Shown here one piece after another: positions 16,133-24,795 of a stretch of 32,000 nucleotides of DNA. The stretch is from Edaphobacter aggregans. Its GTDB lineage: Bacteria; Acidobacteriota; Terriglobia; Terriglobales; Acidobacteriaceae. Below the pieces are notes generated by a model that saw nothing but the letters and a program-made list of their open reading frames with translations, had not been told where the DNA came from and ran no database searches. The translations under genes and the position numbers were made by a program. How positions within the stretch are numbered: the stretch's first letter is position 1; each line of letters opens with the position of its first letter. Location of the stretch: NCBI RefSeq assembly GCF_003945235.1, contig NZ_RSDW01000001.1:2100001-2132000 (forward strand), read 5' to 3'.

Positions 16133-17001
16133 CCGATCACGCGGCGCAGAAATCCTCTGATACCAAGCCACGTGAGGACGACGAGAAAGAATGTCAGCAT
16201 GCTCAGAATGAGAATGTGCGGCATGTGCGGTAGCGTTGGCGTCAGCGCCGAACGGAGCCCTTCGCTCATGTAGACGATCGGATTGATGAGGACACCGATC
16301 TGCAACCATCGAATGTACTTAAGAGCTACCCAAGGATAGTAAACGCAGCCTAAGAACGTGATCGGCATAACGACCACGCCGAAGATTAGACCGATCTGCT
16401 GCGGTTTTACGCTCGTGCCGATGGTTAGGCCCAAAGCCCCGGAGGTGAGGCTCGCTAACACCAGCACAACGATCAGGTAAGGCCAGCTATTTACATGTGT
16501 GACGACCGGCGTGGCAGGGATGTAATAAGCCAACGGGAAGACGACAGCTGCGGCGATCACGCTCTGCATCGCCGAAAAGCATACCTTCTCGATCGCAACC
16601 GCAGCGACCGGCAGCGGACACATCACACGGTCATCGATCTCGCGCGTGATGCCGAACTCCTGTGCCAGTGGTAGCGCGACGGCTGCAATCCCGCTGAACA
16701 TGATCGCCGTTGCCATCAACCCCGGCAACAGTACTGTGCTGAAATTGCCACCAGCCATCGACGCCGTGGGGTTCATCGCGGCGCCTCCGCTCATATGCGG
16801 CATGATGAAGGTGAAGACGAACAGAAACAGCAACGGATTCATGCAGACACGGATGACGAAAGGAAAGATTTCGCGCCGTAGTACGTGTAAATCGCGCAAA
16901 AAGAGCCCAACGAACGCACGAACGTACTGCATCATCCTCGAGCCTTCCGCGGGACGGCTGATTTCGGATTGTGTCGTTTCGAGTTGCGCTGTCTGTGTCA
17001 T
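16129..17001 (-). CDS. ABC-2 type exporter permease.
   Basis: There are six predicted hydrophobic helices. The N-terminal LRDLHVLRREIF motif is typical of the ABC-2/DrrB/NodJ class. The gene starts 9 nt downstream of the ATPase gene. Confidence 0.8.
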   Translation of the reverse strand: MTQTAQLETTQSEISRPAEGSRMMQYVRAFVGLFLRDLHVLRREIFPFVIRVCMNPLLFLFVFTFIMPHMSGGAAMNPTASMAGGNFSTVLLPGLMATAIMFSGIAAVALPLAQEFGITREIDDRVMCPLPVAAVAIEKVCFSAMQSVIAAAVVFPLAYYIPATPVVTHVNSWPYLIVVLVLASLTSGALGLTIGTSVKPQQIGLIFGVVVMPITFLGCVYYPWVALKYIRWLQIGVLINPIVYMSEGLRSALTPTLPHMPHILILSMLTFFLVVLTWLGIRGFLRRVIG

Positions 17002-17010
17002 GGTGCCTGC

Positions 17011-17952
17011 CTATTCGCGAAGGTCGCGCCCGGTCAGATGGATGAAGACGGTCTCCAGGCTGGTTTCAGTAATGGTCAGATCGCGTAGCCCGTAAGGACT
17101 AGCCGCATGCACGACCTCGGACAGAAGACCCTCGGTCCCCTCTGCCAGGATACGTACTCCCTCAGTCGTTGTCTCCACGTTGGCGATGCCGGAGAGGTGC
17201 TGTAACTGCTGGACGAGCAGAGGGACGTTCTGGTGGCTCCGGAGATCGAGCTCATAGACACGCTGCGCCCCAACAGAGTTCTTCAGCGCAGCGGGTGTAT
17301 CTTCGACGAGGATTTTGCCGTGGTCGATGATGGCGACGCGATCGCAAAGCTCATCGGCCTCTTCCATGTAATGCGTCGTCAGGACGACCGTGATTCCCTC
17401 TTCGCGCAGCCCGCGGACGGCGTCCCACATGGCGATGCGGCTCTGCGGGTCGAGACCCGCGCTGGGCTCATCGAGAAAGAGCACTTTCGGACGATGCGCG
17501 ATGGCGCGTGCGATCTGGACACGTTGCGCAAGGCCGCCGGAGAGCTGTGCCGGGTAAGCATCTGCGCGCTCCGTCAGATGGAACTGCGCCAACAGTTGAT
17601 CGGTTCGCTGCTTTGCCTCCGAGCGCGAGAAGCCGAAGTAGAGACAATGGAAATGGATGTTCTCGTAGATCGTGCAAGCGCGGTCGAGTGTGTTGTACTG
17701 CGGAACGACGCCGATGCCTCGTCGAGCCAACGCTGGAGCCGCAACCACGTCAACCCCGGCGATCCGAACCCTTCCAGCGGTGGGCAGAGCGCGAGTAGTG
17801 CAGATGCTGATCGTCGTCGTCTTGCCCGCGCCGTTAGGTCCGAGCAGACCGTAGAGCTCACCCGGACGGACGCTGAGGTCGATGCCATCGACGGCGACTA
17901 CGCGCTGCTTGCCGTCGTATACCTTCTGCAGGCCTTCAATCTCAACAATCAC
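17011..17952 (-). CDS. ABC transporter ATP-binding protein (DrrA/YbhF-like).
   Basis: Motifs present are Walker A (GPNGAGKTT), the Q-loop, the signature LSGGLAQRV, Walker B (VLFLDEPSAGLD) and the H-loop (TTHYMEEA). I prefer GTG at 17952, which lies 5 nt after GGGGGAG, over the listed TTG at 17973. Confidence 0.88.
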   Translation of the reverse strand: MIVEIEGLQKVYDGKQRVVAVDGIDLSVRPGELYGLLGPNGAGKTTTISICTTRALPTAGRVRIAGVDVVAAPALARRGIGVVPQYNTLDRACTIYENIHFHCLYFGFSRSEAKQRTDQLLAQFHLTERADAYPAQLSGGLAQRVQIARAIAHRPKVLFLDEPSAGLDPQSRIAMWDAVRGLREEGITVVLTTHYMEEADELCDRVAIIDHGKILVEDTPAALKNSVGAQRVYELDLRSHQNVPLLVQQLQHLSGIANVETTTEGVRILAEGTEGLLSEVVHAASPYGLRDLTITETSLETVFIHLTGRDLRE

Positions 17953-18000
17953 GAAAACTCCCCCGGGCCACAACCTTACAATTATATGCGGGGAAGACGG

Positions 18001-19218
18001 CTACTGCTGCATATTAGGCTCGACCTTCGCGCCATCGACGACGCCGTCCCCGGGGCTGAGCACCACAATATCGCCAGCCTTAAGACCGCTGACAACCTCC
18101 GTTGCGCTACCTAGATCGCGGCCCAGCGCGATCGATCGGAAGTGGGCGATGTTGTTGCCGTCGAGCACAACAGCCTGCGGGCCTGCTGTGCGGATCACGA
18201 GTGCATTGGCCGGCAGCAATACCGGAGCAACCGTGCCACGGGGCAGATCGAAGATCGTCGTTGCATACATGCCTGGCAGAATGCGGCCGTCGTTCTTCAG
18301 ATCAACCTCGGTGAGCAGGGTTCTAGTCCCGGGATCAAGGCTCTGGCTGGTGCGGGCGACGGTACCGGTGTAGACCTGTCCAGGCACCTCGCGAAACGTG
18401 ACCTTCGCTACATGACCAGCGAACAAACCACCAGCGCTAGCCTGAGGCACACTAGCAAATACACGGACCGTCTCTGACTGGCCAATGGTGAACATCTGCG
18501 TGACACCACTCTGGCTGCCGGAGCTGATCAGCGATCCCTTATCAATGGATCTCGAAAGGATAACTCCGGAAAACGGCGCCGTTACTCGAGAAAATGACTC
18601 TTGCTCGGCAAGATTCCTTACATTGGCTTCGCCGGCTGCGATGTTGGCCTGCGCTGCGGCGACGGTAGCAACATCGGCACCGGCCTGCGCAAACCTCTGA
18701 TCGGCGTCCTGCTTGGAGACCACCCCTTGCTTGACCAGTCCCTGCCATCGCTCGTTCGTCACGTTAGAAAGTTGCGCGTTCGCCTGGGCTTGAGCGAGTT
18801 GTGCTTTGAGCTGCGCCAATGTCGCCTTGGCCTGCATCAAGGCCTGTGCGGTCTGCGGGTCGTCGATCACTGCAAGCAGCTGGCCCTGCCGTACATGGTC
18901 ACCGATGTCGACGTACCGCGCTTTTACATATCCCGAGGTGCGCGCGAAGACGGGAGTCTGATCAAACGCCTGTACGGAGGCCGCGATCTCCAGATGTCCT
19001 CCTGCTTCTCCCGATTTGAGTTTCGTGGCCAAAACGACAGGCGGCCCTACAGCTTCCTGTGCTTCGACTCGCAGCTCGTCCCTGTGGCGCAGCTTGGGCA
19101 TCAACGCCAGCACGCCAATGACGATCAGGACAAGAAAGAACAGCGCCGCACCGACGTACGGCGTGCGGCTGGAGCTTTGGTGTTCGGCATGGGGGGTGTG
19201 CGTCATCTCTTCTCTCAT
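18001..19218 (-). CDS. Efflux periplasmic adaptor (membrane fusion protein, RND/HlyD family) with an N-terminal TM anchor.
   Basis: The TM helix is ALFFLVLIVIGVLALM. The lipoyl/barrel-sandwich motifs are VFARTSGYVKARYVDIGDHVRQGQLLAVID and RVTAPFSGVILSR, separated by a coiled-coil hairpin. An alternative start at ATG 19206 is preceded by GAGAAGAG. Confidence 0.88.
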   Translation of the reverse strand: MREEMTHTPHAEHQSSSRTPYVGAALFFLVLIVIGVLALMPKLRHRDELRVEAQEAVGPPVVLATKLKSGEAGGHLEIAASVQAFDQTPVFARTSGYVKARYVDIGDHVRQGQLLAVIDDPQTAQALMQAKATLAQLKAQLAQAQANAQLSNVTNERWQGLVKQGVVSKQDADQRFAQAGADVATVAAAQANIAAGEANVRNLAEQESFSRVTAPFSGVILSRSIDKGSLISSGSQSGVTQMFTIGQSETVRVFASVPQASAGGLFAGHVAKVTFREVPGQVYTGTVARTSQSLDPGTRTLLTEVDLKNDGRILPGMYATTIFDLPRGTVAPVLLPANALVIRTAGPQAVVLDGNNIAHFRSIALGRDLGSATEVVSGLKAGDIVVLSPGDGVVDGAKVEPNMQQ

Positions 19219-19233
19219 GGTACGGCTTGCGGG

Positions 19234-22200
19234 CTATTCTGGAACCTCTTCCATCTGCATTGCATCGGGATCGTGCTTGCGCAGGCGGCTGTAAATGATC
19301 GGTACGATCAGCAGCGTGGTGACAGTGGCGACCATCAAGCCTCCAATCACGGCGCGGCCCAGCGGAGCGTTCTGCTCGCCGCCCTCGCCCAGTCCGAGCG
19401 ACATAGGCAGCATGCCGATGATCATCGCCAGCGCAGTCATCAACACTGGACGAAGTCGCGTCGCACCGGCTGAAGATGCCGCTTCAATCGAGTTCATCCC
19501 AGCCGAACGCTGATCGTTGGCGAACGTGACCATCAGGATGGAGTTGGCCGTCGCCACGCCGACCGTCATAATCGCGCCCATCAGCGACGGCACACTGAAC
19601 GTAGTTCCACTCAGGAACAACATCCACAGGATTCCGCAGGCGGCCCCGGGGAGCGCCGTAAGGATGATGAACGGATCTAGCCAGCTTTGAAAATTGATCA
19701 CCATCAACAGGTACACCAATAGCACGGCAAAGATCATACCCAGGCCAAGCCCCGTGAACGAGTCGTGCATGCTTTGCACCTGCCCACGCACCGTCACCTG
19801 CACACCCGGCGGAAGATGCTCGCGGTATTTGTCGAGAATGCGATTGATATCGGTGGAGACGCCACCCAGATCGCGCCGCCGCACATTCACGAAGACGTCG
19901 AAGACTGGTTGTACGTTGTAGTGATTCGTCACCGCAGGGCTTGTTGTGTGTTCTACCTGCGCCACGTTATTCAACAGTTGCGCTGAGTTGACCTGATTCG
20001 AACTCGCCGAACCGCTGGTTACAGGAATGTTCTTAAGCGCGTCCACCGAGTCGATCTTGTACTGCGGTGTCTGTACCACGACCGAGTAGTTGACTCCATT
20101 TTGCGGATTCAGCCAGTAGTTCGGGGAAGCCTGTCCGCTGCCAGCGAGGGCATACAGCATGCTGTTTGCCACGCTGCCCTCAGTTAGTCCAATAAGCTGA
20201 GCCTTGCTGCGATCGACGTTAACATGCAGCTCTGGCGCATACACAACCTGGTTGATATGGACATCCGTTGCACCGGGAACACCAGCCACATCCTGCCTTA
20301 TCTTCTGGGCAAGCGCATAGTTCTGGTAGAACTGTCGCCCGCTGATCTGAATGTCGATCGGCGCAGGCAGGCCGAAGTTCAGGATCTGGTTCACGATATC
20401 CGACGCCTGAAAGTAGAACACTACATCGGGAAACTTCTTGTGCAGCCTCTCGCGCACCAGCTCTCGGTAGCGCGGCGTGGGATGGTGCTTTTCCGTCAGC
20501 GCAACCAGAATCTCGCCGTCCTGCACATCGGTTAGGCTGCCGTCGCCAAAGGCCAGATTGAAGGCACCGTTCGGGATGCCGATATCATCAAGCAGCATCG
20601 CGAGTTCGTTCGCCGGCACCACTTCCCGAATCGTCGTCTCCACATTCTTGAAGACATTTTCTACCTCTTCGATACGCGTACCCGGAGGTGTCCGGACATG
20701 CAGCCGAAACGTCCCGGCATCAACGCTCGGAAAGAAGTCTTGACCGATAAAGGGGATCAGGCAGGCTGAAAGGACGAGGAACACTCCAAAGCATCCGAGC
20801 GAAAATCCGGCGTGGGCCAGCGCCCAGTCCAGAGCGACGCGGTAGCGCGTACGAAATCGCTCGAAGGCACCGTTGAAGCGGAAATGAATACGCCATATCC
20901 AGCTCGCATTCGCTGGCATTTCCTGGTGTCCCGACTCGTGGTCCTGATACATATCGACCTCGCTGGCCAGCAGGAACTTCACCATCGTCGGCACCAGCGT
21001 GCGCGAGAGCAGATATGAGGCCAGCATCGCGAACACGACCGCCATGCCCAGTGGCGTGAACAAGCTCTTCGCCGCACCCGAGAGAAACACTACTGGGACG
21101 AACACGATGCAGATAGCCAACGTCGAGACGAAGGCTGGAACAGCAATCTGCGCTGCGCCATCCAGAATGGCCGGCTCAATCTCCTTGCCCTGCCCCAGAT
21201 TACGATGGATGTTCTCGATCTCGACCGTGGCATCGTCAACCAGGATGCCGACTGCTAGCCCCAACCCGCCCAGCGTCATCGTATTCAGCGTCTGCCCAAA
21301 TGCCTTCAACACAATGATCGACGTCAGGATGGACAGCGGGATCGAGATCGCAACAATCACCGTACTGCGCCAGCTCCCGAGGAACAGGAGGATCATCAGC
21401 GCAGTCAGCGTAGCGGCAATGATCGCTTCCTTTACTACACCTTGCAGCGCGGCCCGTACAAAGATCGACTGATCGAACATCAGCGTGATCTTGAGTTCTG
21501 GCGGCAGCCCTGCGGCGATCCTGGGCAGAGCGATCTTCACGCGCTTGACGATATCCAGCGTAGAGGCCGAGGCTGCTTTCAGGATCGTGAGCAACGTCGC
21601 TCGCTGGCCATTGATCCGGACGATGTTCTGTTGGATCGCGAAGCCCTCGTGAACCTGTGCCACATCGCGCATATAGACGATCGCGCCGTTATTACTCTTG
21701 ATGGGAACATCGTTCAACTGCGCAAGAACCGTGGGGCTGGCGTTGGTCCGGACGATGTAGTCTGTCGTCCCCACCTTCGCCGTTCCAGCAGGAAGAATCA
21801 GGTTCTGCGCTGTCAGCGCCTGCACTACGTCAGTGGGCGAGAGCCCCTTCGAGTAGAGCTGGCCCAGATCAAGGTCCACCATGATCTGCCTGGCCTTGCC
21901 ACCGTAAGGAGCCGGCACCTGCGCGCCTTGTACCGTGGCCAGTTGCGTGCGCACAAAGTTCAGGCCAAGGTCATACAGATCGGCTTCAGACAGCTTGTCG
22001 CTCGAAAGGACTGCCTGCAAAATCGGCACATTCGACGCGCTGAACTGAAGGATAAACGGTGGCGTCGTCCCCGGAGGCAGGATGCGCAGAATCGTCTGAT
22101 TCACAGCCGTCACCTGCGCGACTGCCGCTTCGATCTTGGCGCCCGGCTGGAAGAAGACCTTGATGATGGAGATACCGCTGACCGATTGCGACTCGATGTG

Positions 22201-22437
22201 CTCGATGTCGTTAACCGCAGTGGTCATCGAGCGTTCGCTGATGGTCGTGAAGCGCTTCTCCATCTCATCGGGACTTGTACCCGAGTAGGTCCAGATCACC
22301 GTAACGACGGGAATGTCGATCGTAGGAAAGATGTCCGTACTCATCGTCTCGATGCTGACGATGCCAAGAACCAGGATCAGCACTGCCATGACGACGAAGG
22401 TGTACGGTCGCCGGAGTGCCAGTCGAACAATCCACAT
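19234..22437 (-). CDS. RND-family efflux permease (AcrB/ACR_tran type, 12 TM).
   Basis: The 1067-aa protein has the typical N-terminus RRPYTFVVMAVLILVLGIVSI..FP.IDIP, two large periplasmic loops and conserved TM4/TM10 regions (GLAVGILVDDATV). Confidence 0.93.
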   Translation of the reverse strand: MWIVRLALRRPYTFVVMAVLILVLGIVSIETMSTDIFPTIDIPVVTVIWTYSGTSPDEMEKRFTTISERSMTTAVNDIEHIESQSVSGISIIKVFFQPGAKIEAAVAQVTAVNQTILRILPPGTTPPFILQFSASNVPILQAVLSSDKLSEADLYDLGLNFVRTQLATVQGAQVPAPYGGKARQIMVDLDLGQLYSKGLSPTDVVQALTAQNLILPAGTAKVGTTDYIVRTNASPTVLAQLNDVPIKSNNGAIVYMRDVAQVHEGFAIQQNIVRINGQRATLLTILKAASASTLDIVKRVKIALPRIAAGLPPELKITLMFDQSIFVRAALQGVVKEAIIAATLTALMILLFLGSWRSTVIVAISIPLSILTSIIVLKAFGQTLNTMTLGGLGLAVGILVDDATVEIENIHRNLGQGKEIEPAILDGAAQIAVPAFVSTLAICIVFVPVVFLSGAAKSLFTPLGMAVVFAMLASYLLSRTLVPTMVKFLLASEVDMYQDHESGHQEMPANASWIWRIHFRFNGAFERFRTRYRVALDWALAHAGFSLGCFGVFLVLSACLIPFIGQDFFPSVDAGTFRLHVRTPPGTRIEEVENVFKNVETTIREVVPANELAMLLDDIGIPNGAFNLAFGDGSLTDVQDGEILVALTEKHHPTPRYRELVRERLHKKFPDVVFYFQASDIVNQILNFGLPAPIDIQISGRQFYQNYALAQKIRQDVAGVPGATDVHINQVVYAPELHVNVDRSKAQLIGLTEGSVANSMLYALAGSGQASPNYWLNPQNGVNYSVVVQTPQYKIDSVDALKNIPVTSGSASSNQVNSAQLLNNVAQVEHTTSPAVTNHYNVQPVFDVFVNVRRRDLGGVSTDINRILDKYREHLPPGVQVTVRGQVQSMHDSFTGLGLGMIFAVLLVYLLMVINFQSWLDPFIILTALPGAACGILWMLFLSGTTFSVPSLMGAIMTVGVATANSILMVTFANDQRSAGMNSIEAASSAGATRLRPVLMTALAMIIGMLPMSLGLGEGGEQNAPLGRAVIGGLMVATVTTLLIVPIIYSRLRKHDPDAMQMEEVPE

Positions 22438-22507
22438 AAAGCTATTCCTTCTCGGGTGAGCTTAAATTTATGACGAAGGTTGAAGGTTCATTGTTTCATG
22501 GGATCGG

Positions 22508-23542
22508 TTAGGCCGCGGCAACTCGAATCACGATCTTGCCGAAATGCGTCGCCGATTGCATGTGCACGAACGCGTCCCTGGCCTGCTCGAACGCAAAAAC
22601 CTTGGCCACCACAGGGTGCAGTTGAGCCTCCGCTATCGCCACGTTCATCTGTTCGAACATGGCGCGCGAGCCGACATAAATCCCCTGTACGCGGAGTTGC
22701 TTGTGCAGAATGGGTGTCAGAGCAAGCGGCTCGGGACTTGTGGCACCTGATAGCACGCCAATCTGCGCCACCATGCCCTCAACCCGTGCGGCGCGTAACG
22801 ATTGGCCAAATGTGCCCGCACCGCCGACTTCGATAATCCGGTCGGCGCCTAGCCCATCAGTCACCTCCGTCACCCACCGGGACCACTCCGGCCGCTCTCG
22901 GTAGTTGCAACCGGTATTGAGCCCCATGGAGTACGCCCGCGCCAGTTTCTCCTCGCTCGACGATGTCCCTATAACCCTCGCCCCCAGCAGCTTCGCAAAC
23001 TGGAGTGCAAAGATGGAGACTCCGCCCGTTCCCTGGATCAACACCGTCTCATCCGGGTGCAATGGACGGGCCGGATTGCCTCCGTAATGAAGCGCATTCC
23101 AAGCTGTCACACCTGCACAGGGAAGTGTTGCCGCCTCCTCATAACTCAGGTGCTCAGGAAACCGCACCACGCCGTCCTCAGAGAGCAGAACATACTCGGC
23201 AAGCATTCCATCGACATCGCCACCCAAGGCCGCCTTCGACTTCTCTGCCGTCAAAGGCCCATCCAACCAGCGCTGCATGAAGATGCCGCACACCCGGTCG
23301 CCCACCTTCACCTGCCCCACTCCATCCCCGACCGCGACCACCTCGCCGGCCCCGTCTGAACACGGAATCCGCGGCAACTGCATCTTCGGGTTGTATTGCC
23401 CCTTCACCACCAACAGATCGCGGTAGTTCAGCGAGACCGCATGAACTCGAATTAGCACCATGCCTGGCGTTACGACAGGCTCAGGCTGCTCTGCGGACTT
23501 CAAATGTTCCAGGCCAAACTGTGTCATTTGAAAAACGCGCAT
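22508..23542 (-). CDS. MDR-superfamily NAD(P)H-dependent oxidoreductase (quinone oxidoreductase or zinc-type ADH-like).
   Basis: A GroES-like N-domain (VLIRVHAVSLNYRDLLVVKG, SDGAGEVVAVG) is followed by a Rossmann motif (IQGTGGVSIFALQFAKLLGARV). Confidence 0.88.
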   Translation of the reverse strand: MRVFQMTQFGLEHLKSAEQPEPVVTPGMVLIRVHAVSLNYRDLLVVKGQYNPKMQLPRIPCSDGAGEVVAVGDGVGQVKVGDRVCGIFMQRWLDGPLTAEKSKAALGGDVDGMLAEYVLLSEDGVVRFPEHLSYEEAATLPCAGVTAWNALHYGGNPARPLHPDETVLIQGTGGVSIFALQFAKLLGARVIGTSSSEEKLARAYSMGLNTGCNYRERPEWSRWVTEVTDGLGADRIIEVGGAGTFGQSLRAARVEGMVAQIGVLSGATSPEPLALTPILHKQLRVQGIYVGSRAMFEQMNVAIAEAQLHPVVAKVFAFEQARDAFVHMQSATHFGKIVIRVAAA

Positions 23543-23643
23543 GATGTCCTCACCAACTCCGATGTGTTCCTAAAAGATGCAGCATAAGGTACTTCCAGCG
23601 CAAATTCACCAGGGTTTCAGACCGGGCGGCGTAAACTAGAAGC

Positions 23644-23892
23644 ATGTCGCGTGGATGGGAGAGTAAATCCGTGGAAGAACAGCAATCGCAGGCCGATTCT
23701 CCGAAACCTACCGCCGCACAGGCCAGCGCCGAAGCTGCAGAACGCAAACGCAAGCTTCAGGCGCTCGAACTGCAACGCGAACGCATTCTCTCGGAACGGA
23801 CATCCAGTCCGCACCGTCGTTCCGCGCTCGCCTATGCACTAGCCGATATCGAGGAGAAGTTGGCCGAGTTGGGCTGGACCGTCCACATGTAG
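23644..23892 (+). CDS. Small, highly charged hypothetical protein (82 aa, predicted helical or coiled-coil).
   Basis: The ORF starts with ATG and has coding-like codon usage. It lies in a gap not otherwise explained, divergent from the oxidoreductase gene. The Shine-Dalgarno is weak and I recognise no family. Confidence 0.5.
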   Translation: MSRGWESKSVEEQQSQADSPKPTAAQASAEAAERKRKLQALELQRERILSERTSSPHRRSALAYALADIEEKLAELGWTVHM

Positions 23893-23953
23893 TCCCGCAC
23901 AGCTTGCGGTCGCATGGGAAGACGGCCTCTTCGCGCCCTGCCGTTGAAACCGT

Positions 23954-24727
23954 TCAGCTGTGCCGGTGGAAGACCACCGAGTTCGCTTGGTCGATCGTTG
24001 TCATCACGATATTGTGGATGTTTACGTGCGCCGGACGGCTCGCCGCCCAGACGATTGTCTCTGCAATGTCCTCTGGCTGCAGCGGCGTAATGTTTTGATA
24101 CACCTTGGCCGCTCGCTCCTCATCTCCGCGGAATCGCACCACGCTAAAGTCCGACTCAACCATTCCCGGATCGACCGACGTCACCCGCACCGGCGTCCCC
24201 ATCAGATCAATCTTCAATCCTTCACTGATGGCCTTCTCCGCCGCTTTGGATGCGCAATAAACTGCCCCGTTCGCATAGGTGATGTACGCTGCCGTCGACC
24301 CCATATTGATGACATGGCCGCGCCCGCGCTCCACCATACCCGGCACCACGGCACGCGTGACATACAGCAATCCCTTCACGTTCGTGTCGATCATCTCTTC
24401 CCAGTTCTGCGGATCGTCTTCGTACAGCTTGGTAAGGCCTCTGCTCAAGCCGGCATTGTTCACCAGAACGTCAATCTGGCTCCAGTCCTGTGGGAGTCCG
24501 GAGATCGCCGCCTCTACCGCCGCACGGTCCTGAACATCCAATGGAAACACATGAGTAACAGGCGCACTGGCCGCCGTCAGCTCCTGCTGCAACTTCACCA
24601 GCAGGTCGAGCCGACGCGCACAAAGCAGCAGTCTGCAACCTTCCCGCGCAAAGGCGAATGCGGTTGCCCTGCCAATTCCTGAGCTTGCGCCCGTAATCAG
24701 AACGGTCTTTCCAGTGAGAGATGACAT
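23954..24727 (-). CDS. Short-chain dehydrogenase/reductase (YdfG-like, NADP-dependent).
   Basis: Motifs present are TGASSGIGRA, the NADP-type ARR, NNAG and the catalytic YCASKAA (YxxxK). ATG at 24727 gives the usual ~6-residue lead-in to the Gly motif. Confidence 0.9.
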   Translation of the reverse strand: MSSLTGKTVLITGASSGIGRATAFAFAREGCRLLLCARRLDLLVKLQQELTAASAPVTHVFPLDVQDRAAVEAAISGLPQDWSQIDVLVNNAGLSRGLTKLYEDDPQNWEEMIDTNVKGLLYVTRAVVPGMVERGRGHVINMGSTAAYITYANGAVYCASKAAEKAISEGLKIDLMGTPVRVTSVDPGMVESDFSVVRFRGDEERAAKVYQNITPLQPEDIAETIVWAASRPAHVNIHNIVMTTIDQANSVVFHRHS

Positions 24728-24742
24728 ACATCTCTTATAAAC

Positions 24743-24780
24743 AAAAACGGGAGGCCGCATCAGCCAGCCTCCCGTTTTTT
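24743..24780 (-). terminator. Intrinsic terminator downstream of the OmpA-family gene.
   Basis: On the minus strand the sequence is aaaaaa-CGGGAGGC-tggctgatgcg-GCCTCCCG-tttttgttt. This is a GC-rich 8-bp stem plus a U-tract, 16 nt after the stop at 24796. Confidence 0.8.
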
Positions 24781-24795
24781 ACAAATAGGTAAACC

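Noticed and set aside
17981-17986. A perfect TATAAT (minus-strand sense) in the 48-nt MFP/ABC gap, about 30 nt upstream of the ABC ATPase start.
   Set aside because: There is no acceptable -35 at 16-18 nt spacing. A single hexamer is not enough to annotate a promoter, so it is mentioned only as something to test in the efflux-operon finding.
17233-19473. Plus-strand ORFs 17233-18114 (293 aa), 17882-18373 and 18601-19473 (290 aa), opposite the ABC ATPase, MFP and RND genes.
   Set aside because: They are shadow ORFs with Arg/Asp-rich composition and no motifs. The minus-strand genes have Walker, signature and MFP motifs.
21442-22473. A 343-aa plus-strand ORF opposite the RND 5' half.
   Set aside because: It is an Arg/Asp/His-rich shadow ORF, and the RND frame is continuous for 1067 aa.
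23960-24682. A 240-aa plus-strand ORF opposite the SDR gene.
   Set aside because: It is an Arg/His-rich shadow ORF, and the SDR motifs are intact on the minus strand.
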